A stretch of 64,000 bases of DNA from an uncultured delta proteobacterium (GTDB lineage Bacteria; Myxococcota_A; Polyangia; Polyangiales; Polyangiaceae), in assembly GCA_963716725.1 (NCBI GenBank), contig CAVQUB010000015.1, forward strand, positions 512,001 through 576,000. Direction: 5' to 3'. Each line of letters starts with the position of its first letter. Position 1 is the first letter of the stretch. The notes beneath the pieces are model-generated. The model ran no database searches. It worked only from the letters and a program-made list of their open reading frames with translations, and was not told the origin of the DNA. Position numbers and translations under genes: made by a program. Shown piece by piece: positions 18,161-28,511 of this stretch.

Positions 18161-19366
18161 TCAGTATCGCGCAGGCGACACGGTGGGGGTGAGCTCGGCG
18201 AGCGCCGCCCTGAGGAGCGGCTCGAGCCCGGGCTCGACGCCTCGAGCGCGCGCTTGCTCGACCGCGCGGCGAGCCTTCGCCGTGCGAAAGCCGAGCCGTA
18301 CCAGCGCGGACTGGATCTTCTCTGAGCTCTCGTCCCACTCGGGCGGCATATCCGGACCTGGCGTCTTCTCGGTCGCTTCAGCGATCTTCTTCCGGATCTG
18401 ATCTTCGCCGAAGACCTCTCGTGCGCGCAAAGCATTGTGCGATGAACACAGGAGAGAGAGGTTCTCCACGGTGGCCGGACCGCCGAGCGCGTGCGGCTCG
18501 ATGTGCTCGACGGTGACGAAGCGCCGCTCCGAGCAGCGCCGGCCCTCGCTGTCGAGGTAGGTGCACTGCCCGCCATCCCGCTTCCAGACGACGCGGGCGA
18601 CCTCCACGGGGACATGCCGCGAGCCTGGCTCGATCGCGCGTCGCTTGCGCGGCTTGCCCGCGCCGAAGCGGCGCTTCGTCTCGGCCTCGAGCAACGCCTC
18701 GATGGCGCGCTCGAACAGCGCGGCGAGATCCCCGCTGGGGATGGCGTGGCCCAGGAGGTTCTGGGCCTTCACGAGCTTGTCGTGGAGCGCGGCGCTGGCG
18801 GTGAATTCGACCCGGTAGCTGGACGCGGAGAGCGGCTGCACTCGGGGCTTCGGAGCCGGCGCGGGCGCGGGCTCCGTGCACGCGCCGGGCGCCGCGGTGG
18901 AAGGACCATGCTCGAGCATGATCGCTGGACAGCCGGGCAAGGGCGTCACGCTCGGCAGAACGTCCGACCGAGGAAATGAGCGGGCCAGCAAACACTCGAG
19001 GTCACGCCGAGACTTGCCCCGAGCTTCGGCGAGCAGGGCATCGGCGTTCTCCAAGGTCAGCCGCCCCGACAAAAGGAACAGGCCGGTCAGGTGGATTCGC
19101 CCGCTCCGGAGCTCGTCCAGGGCCTGGGGCAGGCGCTGGCAGAGCCGGGCCACGCCGACCCGCACCTGGGCCTCGTTCTCGGAGTAGCCGAGCCGCTCGG
19201 TGCAATACGAGGAGAGCGATGAGCACGCCGCCGCTGTGTACAAGCGGCGGCGGTCGAGCTCGCAGAGGTACGCGATGAGCTCGGCGGTGGCTTCGCGTTC
19301 GAGAGCCCGAAGGCTGGGCAAACGCGCGAGGAGAGCCTGGTTGTCGAGAGAGTCGAGCGCGAACAT
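18161..19366 (-). CDS. HNH endonuclease (myxobacterial repeat-type, long helical N-terminus)
   Basis: VWKRDGGQC...C...EHIEPHALGG...NLSLLCSSHN; N-terminal ELIAYLCELDRRRLY; C-terminal SALVRLGF helical cap; ATG 19366. Confidence 0.85.
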   Translation of the reverse strand: MFALDSLDNQALLARLPSLRALEREATAELIAYLCELDRRRLYTAAACSSLSSYCTERLGYSENEAQVRVGVARLCQRLPQALDELRSGRIHLTGLFLLSGRLTLENADALLAEARGKSRRDLECLLARSFPRSDVLPSVTPLPGCPAIMLEHGPSTAAPGACTEPAPAPAPKPRVQPLSASSYRVEFTASAALHDKLVKAQNLLGHAIPSGDLAALFERAIEALLEAETKRRFGAGKPRKRRAIEPGSRHVPVEVARVVWKRDGGQCTYLDSEGRRCSERRFVTVEHIEPHALGGPATVENLSLLCSSHNALRAREVFGEDQIRKKIAEATEKTPGPDMPPEWDESSEKIQSALVRLGFRTAKARRAVEQARARGVEPGLEPLLRAALAELTPTVSPARY

Positions 19367-20003
19367 GTCTCCGGCGTACCACGAGGATTTTCGGCCTCGC
19401 CGCGGCCACCGAGAGCAACGAACGCGCAGCTCGACGCGTCGAAAGTCATCCGGGAGCCAGAGCGCCGTCGTGGATCGTCCTCGCGCTCGCACGCGGCAAG
19501 TTTCGCACGACGCGTCATCCCCGCACGTCGTGCGTTCAGAAACCTGTCCACCGAAATCGTACGAGAAGCGTTCTTTTTCGATTCGCAGCCGGCTGAAGCG
19601 TGCGCCAGAACCACGGTGCTTGCACACCCCCCACACAAAGGGGGTACTTCCCAGGGTCGTGCACGGATTGCCGTCGGTGGGCTTGGCAGCGGCAGCGTCG
19701 TGGGTGTGGCGGCGCGCACGTGAAGCGAAGGTCTCCGGCTCCTGCCTGCGCTCGTCCACATCACGCGCATGCGCGGCTTCCTCGATGCGTGCGGGACGAT
19801 TGCCGTCGCCGCAGTCGTAAGTGATCGTGAACGCTTCGCTTCTTGCGCCCGTCCAGCCCGACTACCGAGCAAGACTGGCTTCAGACGCCCACGAACATGT
19901 CAGGAGAGCCTCATTTTTCGACAGATCTTCAGAGACAGAAGATCCCTGCGCCCTCTGCGTGCGCTGCGCCTCTTCGTGGCGTGGGAGGCGCGCGGCAGGC
20001 CGG

Positions 20004-20642
20004 TCAGACAGAGTTGTCGGCGGCGCGGGCGGCGGCTTGTCGCTCGAGGAACTGGGCGATGACCGGCACCGCGTCGAATCGTTCGAGGAAGCGCCCCAGC
20101 GCCGGGCGGTCGCTGAGTTGGGCTTTCGACGCGTCGTTCCGACGCACGCACCACGAAACGGATTCACGCACGATGGCGTCTGCGAAACAGGGGCTGTCGC
20201 CAGCGGCGAAGCTGCGGGTCGCGTAGACGTCGTCGATGGCGCCGAAGTACTGCGGCATCCGCCGCTCCTCGAACTTCTTCTTGGCCGCGACGTCGTCGGC
20301 GCTGAAACCCCCGAAGGCTTGGTACAGATCGTAGCCGCCCATGGCGACCGAGAGCGCGCGGGTCAGCGTAGACGGATCGGAAGGCCAGGCCGAGGTGCCG
20401 TGCGCCGCGTGATGCATGATGGCGAGGGTCTGGTAGATGATCTCGCCGCTCGGCGTCTCGACGAAGGGGAACTGCTTGAAGGGGTTCTTGCCTTCCACCG
20501 CGGCGCGGGCTTCGGCCATCGGAGCGAACACATCGACGTAGGGCGCCTCCGCCAGCACGTAGACCATGCGCACCATCTCGGCGCGTCCGCCGTGGGCGTT
20601 GGGGATCCGGATGTAGTGCAGCTTGTCGGGGGCGCGGGACAT
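20004..20642 (-). CDS. Glutathione S-transferase family protein
   Basis: GRAEMVRM, PFKQFPFVE, YQTLAI and FADA motifs of GST folds. Confidence 0.75.
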   Translation of the reverse strand: MSRAPDKLHYIRIPNAHGGRAEMVRMVYVLAEAPYVDVFAPMAEARAAVEGKNPFKQFPFVETPSGEIIYQTLAIMHHAAHGTSAWPSDPSTLTRALSVAMGGYDLYQAFGGFSADDVAAKKKFEERRMPQYFGAIDDVYATRSFAAGDSPCFADAIVRESVSWCVRRNDASKAQLSDRPALGRFLERFDAVPVIAQFLERQAAARAADNSV

Positions 20643-20788
20643 GCGGAGAGCCTGCCGTTTCGGGAGGCGAGTACAAGCCCCATTTCCCACGAATCGAACC
20701 CTCGCTTGTCCGGGACAAAGCCGGGTGTGGGGTTGTGCCTGCTCCCGATTTCCGACCGGCGATGTCCATCGTCGGATACTAGAGGCCT

Positions 20789-21913
20789 ATGCGATCATCC
20801 TTGGCTTGGCTTGGCTGCGTGCTGCTTGCTGCCTGCTCGTCCAGCTCGACCAACCCGTCGGCGGCGGGCGGCGGAGGCGCCGCGGGCGCGGGCGGCGGCG
20901 GAGGCGCCGCGGGCGCGGGCGGAGGCGGAGGCGCCGCGGGAGCGGGCGGCTCTGCCACTGGTGGCGCTGCGGGACTGGGCGGCACGGGCACTGGCGGAGG
21001 CGGAGGCAGCGGCGGTGTCAGCGCGACGCCTTGCAAGAAGAGCTCGGCGGCGCCGGCTCTGTACGATTGCGCGCCGGCAAAAGCGCAAAACCCCGCCGTC
21101 GACGAAACGAACGTCTACTTCGTCGTGAGGTCGGGATCGGGTCAGAGCGTATTGCACCGCGCCCCCAAAGACGGCAGCGCGGCAGAAAGCACTCCGTGGG
21201 CAACGCTGACCTCTGCGCTCGTCGGGGACGTCCTGATCGACGCTGACAACGACGCGATCTACGTCGGTACCAACGACCCGGCCCGAGCGCTCCTCCGCTA
21301 CGACCGAAACACCGGCGCTGAGCAGGCGCTGGTCACCGCGCTCGACTGCGCCCAACACTATCAATGGGGCGCCCTCGCGCAGAACGCGACGTCGGTCTTC
21401 TTCACCTGCAGCACCACTCACAGCATCCTCGCTCTGCCGAAGACCGGGTCGGCGGGTACTGTGGTCGCTAAGTTTCCTGCTCCGGTCGACATCTCGGGCC
21501 TCGCAGCCGGGCCAAGTAAGGTCTACGTGGCAAAGGGCGACTTCGCCTGGGCTTGGGGCGATAGTTCCGGCGACATCAGCTATGGCCCGGGCTGGATGCG
21601 CGTGGCTCGGGGCGGCGGATACGTCTACGCCTTGAAGGCGACCGAGATCATCAGCTACGTCGATGGAGGCTCATCGAGCTCGTTCGTGGCTGGGCTCTCG
21701 GGCGCGACGGATCTCGAGGCTGACGCCACCGGCATCGCGGTGATCGGCGAAGGAACCGGTGCCAACGACGGTTGGGTCCTCGGACGGGACCACGCCGGCG
21801 CAACGACGAAGACCTACGCCGGGGGCGCCAGCCCGAGTGGAGTCGCGCTCGACGCAGCGTCCGTATTCTGGACGGACGCGAAGGCCGGCACTGTGAACAG
21901 GCTGGCTCGCTGA
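20789..21913 (+). CDS. Lipoprotein with Gly/Ala linker and probable beta-propeller
   Basis: LLAAC lipobox, GGGGAAGAG repeats, blade-like AVDETNVYF and ALDAASVFWTD. Confidence 0.75.
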   Translation: MRSSLAWLGCVLLAACSSSSTNPSAAGGGGAAGAGGGGGAAGAGGGGGAAGAGGSATGGAAGLGGTGTGGGGGSGGVSATPCKKSSAAPALYDCAPAKAQNPAVDETNVYFVVRSGSGQSVLHRAPKDGSAAESTPWATLTSALVGDVLIDADNDAIYVGTNDPARALLRYDRNTGAEQALVTALDCAQHYQWGALAQNATSVFFTCSTTHSILALPKTGSAGTVVAKFPAPVDISGLAAGPSKVYVAKGDFAWAWGDSSGDISYGPGWMRVARGGGYVYALKATEIISYVDGGSSSSFVAGLSGATDLEADATGIAVIGEGTGANDGWVLGRDHAGATTKTYAGGASPSGVALDAASVFWTDAKAGTVNRLAR

Positions 21914-21944
21914 GCGCGTTCAGGCAGGCGCAGCTGGGATCCCG

Positions 21945-22965
21945 TCAGGGCTGCCGGATCTTCTCGCTCATGCCTTGAAGCACCAGTTTCGGGCCGGGAC
22001 CGTCGAAGCCCTCGAGTGAAAACAACAGCCCGCGGCCCTGCTCGAGCTGCGCCAGGACTGAGCCGGGACCCTCGATCAGAATCCTCGTGCGCCGAGGGGA
22101 TGCCGACCTTTTGCATCACCTTGCCATCGCTGCGCCGCACGACAAACAGGAAATCCGGCTCCGCAGTGAAGCCGTAGCCCGTCACGATGTACTTGTCGTA
22201 AATCTTGAAGCGGTTGTTGGAAACCAGGGGCGACGTGCGCCAGAGCACCTTGCGGGCGTAGGGATCGAAGGCGACCAAGGACGAGCACTTGCCCTTGGCC
22301 TGATTCGAATAGCTCTGGCACGCCTCGTTGAAATAGACGACGTCCCGCGAGAAGCGCACGTCTTGGATCTCGAGGTGGTTCTTGCTCGACAAGAACGGCG
22401 TGATCGCGATGCGGAACGAGGTCTTGCCCGAGCAGTCGAAGGCAGCAACCTCGCTCTCGCAGTTCTTGGAGCCGCCCAGCGTGCAGCTCGATGCATCGTA
22501 AGGATCGCGGTACAGCGCGAAGTATCCGCCCGGCGCGGGGTCGAGCACGAACAGCTCCTTGGTGCCGCTCGCCAGCGGCACGAACGCGGGCACCGGGGGC
22601 CCGACCCAGACCCGCGTCGATTTGGCGCCGAGGGCGCCGTCGGTGTGACTGCGGAGTCGCCCGGTGAACTCGTAGCGGCGCCGGGCGGGCACCGACGGAA
22701 CGGTGAGCCCGCCCGCGCTACGAGCCTCCGGCAACCCGTTCGGAAAACCGCAGGCTGGCGGGCCCGCGATCTCCGGCGCGGTGGTTGCGGGAGGGGCATC
22801 GCTCTCGGGCGGCGAGGTCGGCTGGACGATGGTCAGCGGCGGTTCGTTCGGATCGGCCTCGACCACCGGGATCGGCTCCGGCTCCGGCGGCTGGGGAGGC
22901 GGCGCGGCTGGGCGAGCGCAGCCGCCGACGAATCCGAGTACGAGGCCGAGGCGCGGAGCGTGCAT
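21945..22965 (-). CDS. Hypothetical lipoprotein, probable frameshift near 22080
   Basis: VGGC lipobox and Pro-rich linker. A second frame after SAHED reads LIEGPGSVLAQLEQGRGLLFSLEGFDGPGPKLVLQGMSEKIRQP* to 21945 and avoids overlap with the convergent gene. Confidence 0.6.
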
Positions 22966-23099
22966 GGTTTTCGCAGCATGACACCGCTGATTCCGGTCGT
23001 CATTGACCCGCCCCACGCCCTTCCCTATGTTCCGCGCCGATTTCCGGGCGAGCGAGCACGCTGGTGCCCGAGGCTGCCGAACTCAGGGGATTAACGACG

Positions 23100-24865
<1,766 letters not shown>

Positions 24866-24886
24866 GGCGGCGCGCGGCAAGCTCGC

Positions 24887-25984
24887 ATGATGGTCGCTCG
24901 CTGTCTGCTCGCCGCGGCGCTGGTGCCCGGACTCGGCTGCGCGACCCCGCCGCCGCGGACGCCCGCGATCGCATCTGAGTCGCCCCCCGCGGCCCCGAAG
25001 TGCGAGGCCATCGACCTCGCCCGGGGCGCCGCGGCCTTCGAACGTGCCCAGGCCTTTCTGGAGCATCTGCGGCATGAGGAGCACCCGAGGACCGAGGTCT
25101 TCGAGGGCGGCGTTCGAGATTTGGAAGAGGCCGCTCAGCACGGGAGCCTCGAAGGACAGCATCGCTTCGGCAGCGTGGTGTTCGGCTTTTCCTTCACCGA
25201 TCACGCGCCCGAGGCCGCCGACGAGAACGACTACGTCCGGGCCTTCACCTTCATGCGCATCGCCGCGCTTCGGGGCCACGCCCGCGTGCTCGCGTCCTTT
25301 CCGGGTCTCGACGCCAAGAGCCTCGCCGGCCTGCGCTTCGAAGAACCGCTCGACACCCTGCCTCGCCCCTGGCTCGCCAAGGCCTTCGAGCGAGCGGATG
25401 CCTGGATGGCCTGCGCTCCCCCGGCCGCGAAGAGCCGCTACGTCGCGCCACCGCCGGAGCCCGAGAAGCCCAAGCTGGTCGCCAGCGACAGCGGCTGGAC
25501 GCGCGCCGGCGATCTGGAAGGTCCGCTGCTCCGGGTGCTCGGGGCCCACGACGTTGGCAACGCGCTCACGCCGCCGCTCGCGACGCGTTTGCTCGGGGCG
25601 CTGCCGGCGCTGCACGTCTGCTACGCTGAGTGGCTGCGGCGCGAAGCGCAGGCCACCGCTCGGCTCACCGCCGTGCTCAAGCTGCCTGCGGGCAGCGTCG
25701 AGATCGAAGGGGCGTCGGACGACTCCCTGAAGAAGTGCGCGCGCCAAGCCTTTGCTGCGCTGAAGTTGCCCACCGACGCCGAGCGCGGCGCACGCCTCGA
25801 AGTCGGGCTCTACCCCCGAGCGCTCTCGGCGCCGGAGTTGCGGGAAGCGAGCGACGACGGGGCGGTCGACCGCTGGGAAGCCGACGGCAGCTGTTGGATG
25901 ATCGTCGTCCACCCCTGCGCGCCCAACAAGATGTGCATGGCGCCGACGCGCGTGCGCGTGCGCTGCAAGCCGCCGACGGACTGA
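24887..25984 (+). CDS. Hypothetical lipoprotein
   Basis: GLGC lipobox; 365-aa ORF with a Cys-rich C-terminus. Confidence 0.6.
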   Translation: MMVARCLLAAALVPGLGCATPPPRTPAIASESPPAAPKCEAIDLARGAAAFERAQAFLEHLRHEEHPRTEVFEGGVRDLEEAAQHGSLEGQHRFGSVVFGFSFTDHAPEAADENDYVRAFTFMRIAALRGHARVLASFPGLDAKSLAGLRFEEPLDTLPRPWLAKAFERADAWMACAPPAAKSRYVAPPPEPEKPKLVASDSGWTRAGDLEGPLLRVLGAHDVGNALTPPLATRLLGALPALHVCYAEWLRREAQATARLTAVLKLPAGSVEIEGASDDSLKKCARQAFAALKLPTDAERGARLEVGLYPRALSAPELREASDDGAVDRWEADGSCWMIVVHPCAPNKMCMAPTRVRVRCKPPTD

Positions 25985-26053
25985 AGCGCGGGCGGCACTT
26001 GACCGACTCCCGCGTTCGTGACACTGAGTAGCGGAGTCGAGAGGTCATCTGAC

Positions 26054-26152
26054 ATGAACCGCCACCCGCGTCACAAGATGCTGTCCGCCACGTCCTTCAC
26101 GGACGACTGCGTTCAGATCACTGCCGCGGCAGGAGGCGTGTTGACGATTTAG
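26054..26152 (+). CDS. Putative leader peptide, 32 aa (MNRHPRHKMLSATSFTDDCVQITAAAGGVLTI)
   Basis: GAGAGG RBS, ATG 26054, TAG 26150-26152; its 3' part overlaps an antiterminator arm. Confidence 0.55.
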   Translation: MNRHPRHKMLSATSFTDDCVQITAAAGGVLTI

Positions 26153-26176
26153 ACCGTCAAAACCCCTGTTTTCCTG

Positions 26177-26212
26177 CCGCGGGCACCGAAAGGTCCCCGC
26201 GGTTTTTTTTTT
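26177..26212 (+). terminator. Intrinsic terminator (attenuator) 5' of the MATE gene
   Basis: ccgcgggcacc-gaaa-ggtccccgcgg hairpin followed by 10 T. Confidence 0.8.
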
Positions 26213-26238
26213 GCTTCGAACTTGGAAAGAGCTTGGTC

Positions 26239-27633
26239 ATGAACTCGGAATCGCAACGCGAAAAGCTTCGTTGGAAACACAAACCCATCCCCGAGCTGGT
26301 CCGCCTGGCGTGGCCCATCGCGGTCTCGATGCTGTCGTACAGCGTCATGACCCTGGTGAGCACGCTCTTCGTCGGCCGGCTCGGGGCGAACGCACTGGCT
26401 GGTGTGGGGCTCGGTGGCGTCGCTGCCTTTGGCCTGATCGTCTTCGGCTTCGGCTTGCTGCGTTCGGTGAAGGTCGTGGTCAGCCAGGCCACGGGTGCGG
26501 GGCGGCGCGGGGACCTCGCCGTCTATGTCGCCGCAGCGGTCGGGCTCGCGGTCGTGCTCGGCGTGGCGGGCATCGCCGCGGGCCGCTGGCTTGCGGGCGT
26601 TTTGCCCAGGTTTTCAGCCAACTCGGAGGCGGGCGCCCTCGCCGCCGAGTACCTGTGGTGGCGCAACCTGGGCGCGCCCTTCGTGCTCGTAGCAGTGGCG
26701 CTCCGAGAGGCGCGCTACGGCCTCGGCGAGTCGCGCTCGCCACTGGTGTCCGCCTTGGCCGCGAACCTGACGAACATCGCGCTCGATGTGGTGTTCATCG
26801 TCGTGCTCGGCCTGGGAGTGCGCGGCGCGGGCGCGGCCACGGCTCTGAGCCATGTGGTCGAGGCAGCGTTCCTGGTGAGGGCTTCGCGGGACCCCGGGTT
26901 CGCCTGGGCGCGGGTGAAGATCCGTCACGTCGTCGCGCTCTTGCGCCTTGGCGTGCCCTTGGGGCTGCAGTTCTTGCTCGAGGTCGGCGCCTTCGCGGTC
27001 CTGGTAGTGGTGCTCGCCGGCATCAGCCCCGTGGATCTCGCGGCGCACCAGATCGTGCTCCAGCTGACTCACCTCTCGTTCTTGCCGGCGCTCGCCGTCG
27101 GTGAGGCCGCCAGCGTGATGATCGGCCAGGCGGTCGGAGCGGGGCAAGATGGCCAGGTCCCGCGCGTCGCGCGGCGCGCCCTCGGGCTCGCGACCGCGTA
27201 TACGGGAGCGTGTGCCCTCGCCTTCGTCGTGTTCGCGGAGGTCCTGGCCGGCGCCTTCACCGGAGATCGCGCCGTGCGCGAGATGGCCGTCAAATTGCTC
27301 TGGGTAGCGGCGGCCTTCCAGATCTTCGACGGGGCCAACGCCATCGCGCGCTGCGCGCTGCGCGGTACCGGTGACGTGCGCATTCCCGCGGTGGTCGCCG
27401 TGCTCACGGCGTGGGTCGCCACGCCACCCCTCGCGTGGTGGCTCGGCGTGAAGCTCGGCCTCGGCGCTCTTGGCGGATGGTTGGGCCTGAGTGCCGAGAT
27501 CGTCGCCAGCGCGCTGCTCTTCTGGTGGCGCTTGGAGCGCGGGAGCTGGCGCCGGGCGGCGGAAGCGTCGCGTCAGCGCTTGGCGTCGGAGCCGGAGGCC
27601 GAGGAGCTGGTTCCCGCTCCAGCTACCTCGTAG
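26239..27633 (+). CDS. MATE family efflux transporter
   Basis: LAWPIAVSML, VGRLGANALAG, SQATGAG, AAHQIVL, IGQAVGAG, ALRGTGD; about 12 TM helices. Confidence 0.9.
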   Translation: MNSESQREKLRWKHKPIPELVRLAWPIAVSMLSYSVMTLVSTLFVGRLGANALAGVGLGGVAAFGLIVFGFGLLRSVKVVVSQATGAGRRGDLAVYVAAAVGLAVVLGVAGIAAGRWLAGVLPRFSANSEAGALAAEYLWWRNLGAPFVLVAVALREARYGLGESRSPLVSALAANLTNIALDVVFIVVLGLGVRGAGAATALSHVVEAAFLVRASRDPGFAWARVKIRHVVALLRLGVPLGLQFLLEVGAFAVLVVVLAGISPVDLAAHQIVLQLTHLSFLPALAVGEAASVMIGQAVGAGQDGQVPRVARRALGLATAYTGACALAFVVFAEVLAGAFTGDRAVREMAVKLLWVAAAFQIFDGANAIARCALRGTGDVRIPAVVAVLTAWVATPPLAWWLGVKLGLGALGGWLGLSAEIVASALLFWWRLERGSWRRAAEASRQRLASEPEAEELVPAPATS

Positions 27634-28116
27634 TCAGGAGCCACCGACGCTGACGGGCGCTTCGAAGATCAGCGGCGCACCTTGCTGGGACTTTGCTTTC
27701 ACCGAGAGCGTTCCAGCGAGGTCGCCGCCGCCGTCGATGAAGACGGTGATCTCTCGCGGGCGAATCCACTGGGCTTCGCAGCCCTCGAACTCCTCGTGTC
27801 CCGAGGCGAGCACGCTGGCGTCGTTGGCGGTCAGAGCCGCTTCGATCGCCCACAAGCTCGAGTCGCCGGAGTAGACGCGGGCGTACACGTAAAAATGCGA
27901 CCCGCCCTGGGTGCCGTACTGCCGATGGAGCGCGTCGTTGGCGACGAGTGGCACGTAGTCGCCGGTCGACGCGATGCGCAGGACCTCGAGCGCGGGCGCC
28001 GCGGAGGGTGCGGCCAGATCGGGATCGCAGGTCACGGGCTGGTCCTCGGGCTCGACGTGCCGCGGCCCACAGGCGAGTGCGCCGAACAGGAGCGACGGGA
28101 GCAGGGTTCGCAGCAT
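27634..28116 (-). CDS. Hypothetical lipoprotein
   Basis: ATG 28116, GALAC lipobox, YGTQGGSH motif. Confidence 0.6.
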   Translation of the reverse strand: MLRTLLPSLLFGALACGPRHVEPEDQPVTCDPDLAAPSAAPALEVLRIASTGDYVPLVANDALHRQYGTQGGSHFYVYARVYSGDSSLWAIEAALTANDASVLASGHEEFEGCEAQWIRPREITVFIDGGGDLAGTLSVKAKSQQGAPLIFEAPVSVGGS

Positions 28117-28145
28117 CTTCCAGCGGAATCTAGCACGCATGCGGC

Positions 28146-28511
28146 TCACGAACGACCCAGGCCCGTGAGGGCGAGGGCGGTACAGATCACCAGGACGACG
28201 TGCTCGATCAGCCCCGACGGCAGTCGTTCGGACAGGTGGCGTAGGCGCCTCCCGAGCGTGTTGCCCACCGTGACCGCCAAGGCGAGTAGCGCAGCCCACA
28301 GCCAGAGCTCCCGGGTCAGCAGCCCGCCCGCGCCGTAGCCTGCGATGCGCCCCAAATGCATGGCGACCCCAGAAGCCGCGATGGTCCCGGAAAAAGCCTC
28401 ACCCACCAGGCCCGCGGAGAGGAAGAGCGGAGCGGTGAGCACGGCGGCGCCGCCAGCGCAGCCCGTCAGGCCGCCGATCACGAAACCCGCGGGCGAGAGC
28501 CGACGAACGAC
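28146..28511 (-). pseudogene. C-terminal remnant of a TauE/SafE (TSUP)-like membrane protein
   Basis: AGFVIGGLTGCAGGAAVLTAPLFL...LGRRLR resembles the second half of TSUP transporters; no N-terminal half before the upstream TAG. Confidence 0.45.

Noticed and set aside
18161..19366. HNH protein as IscB/Cas9-like nuclease
   Set aside because: No recognisable RuvC motifs or PLMP N-terminus, and no array.
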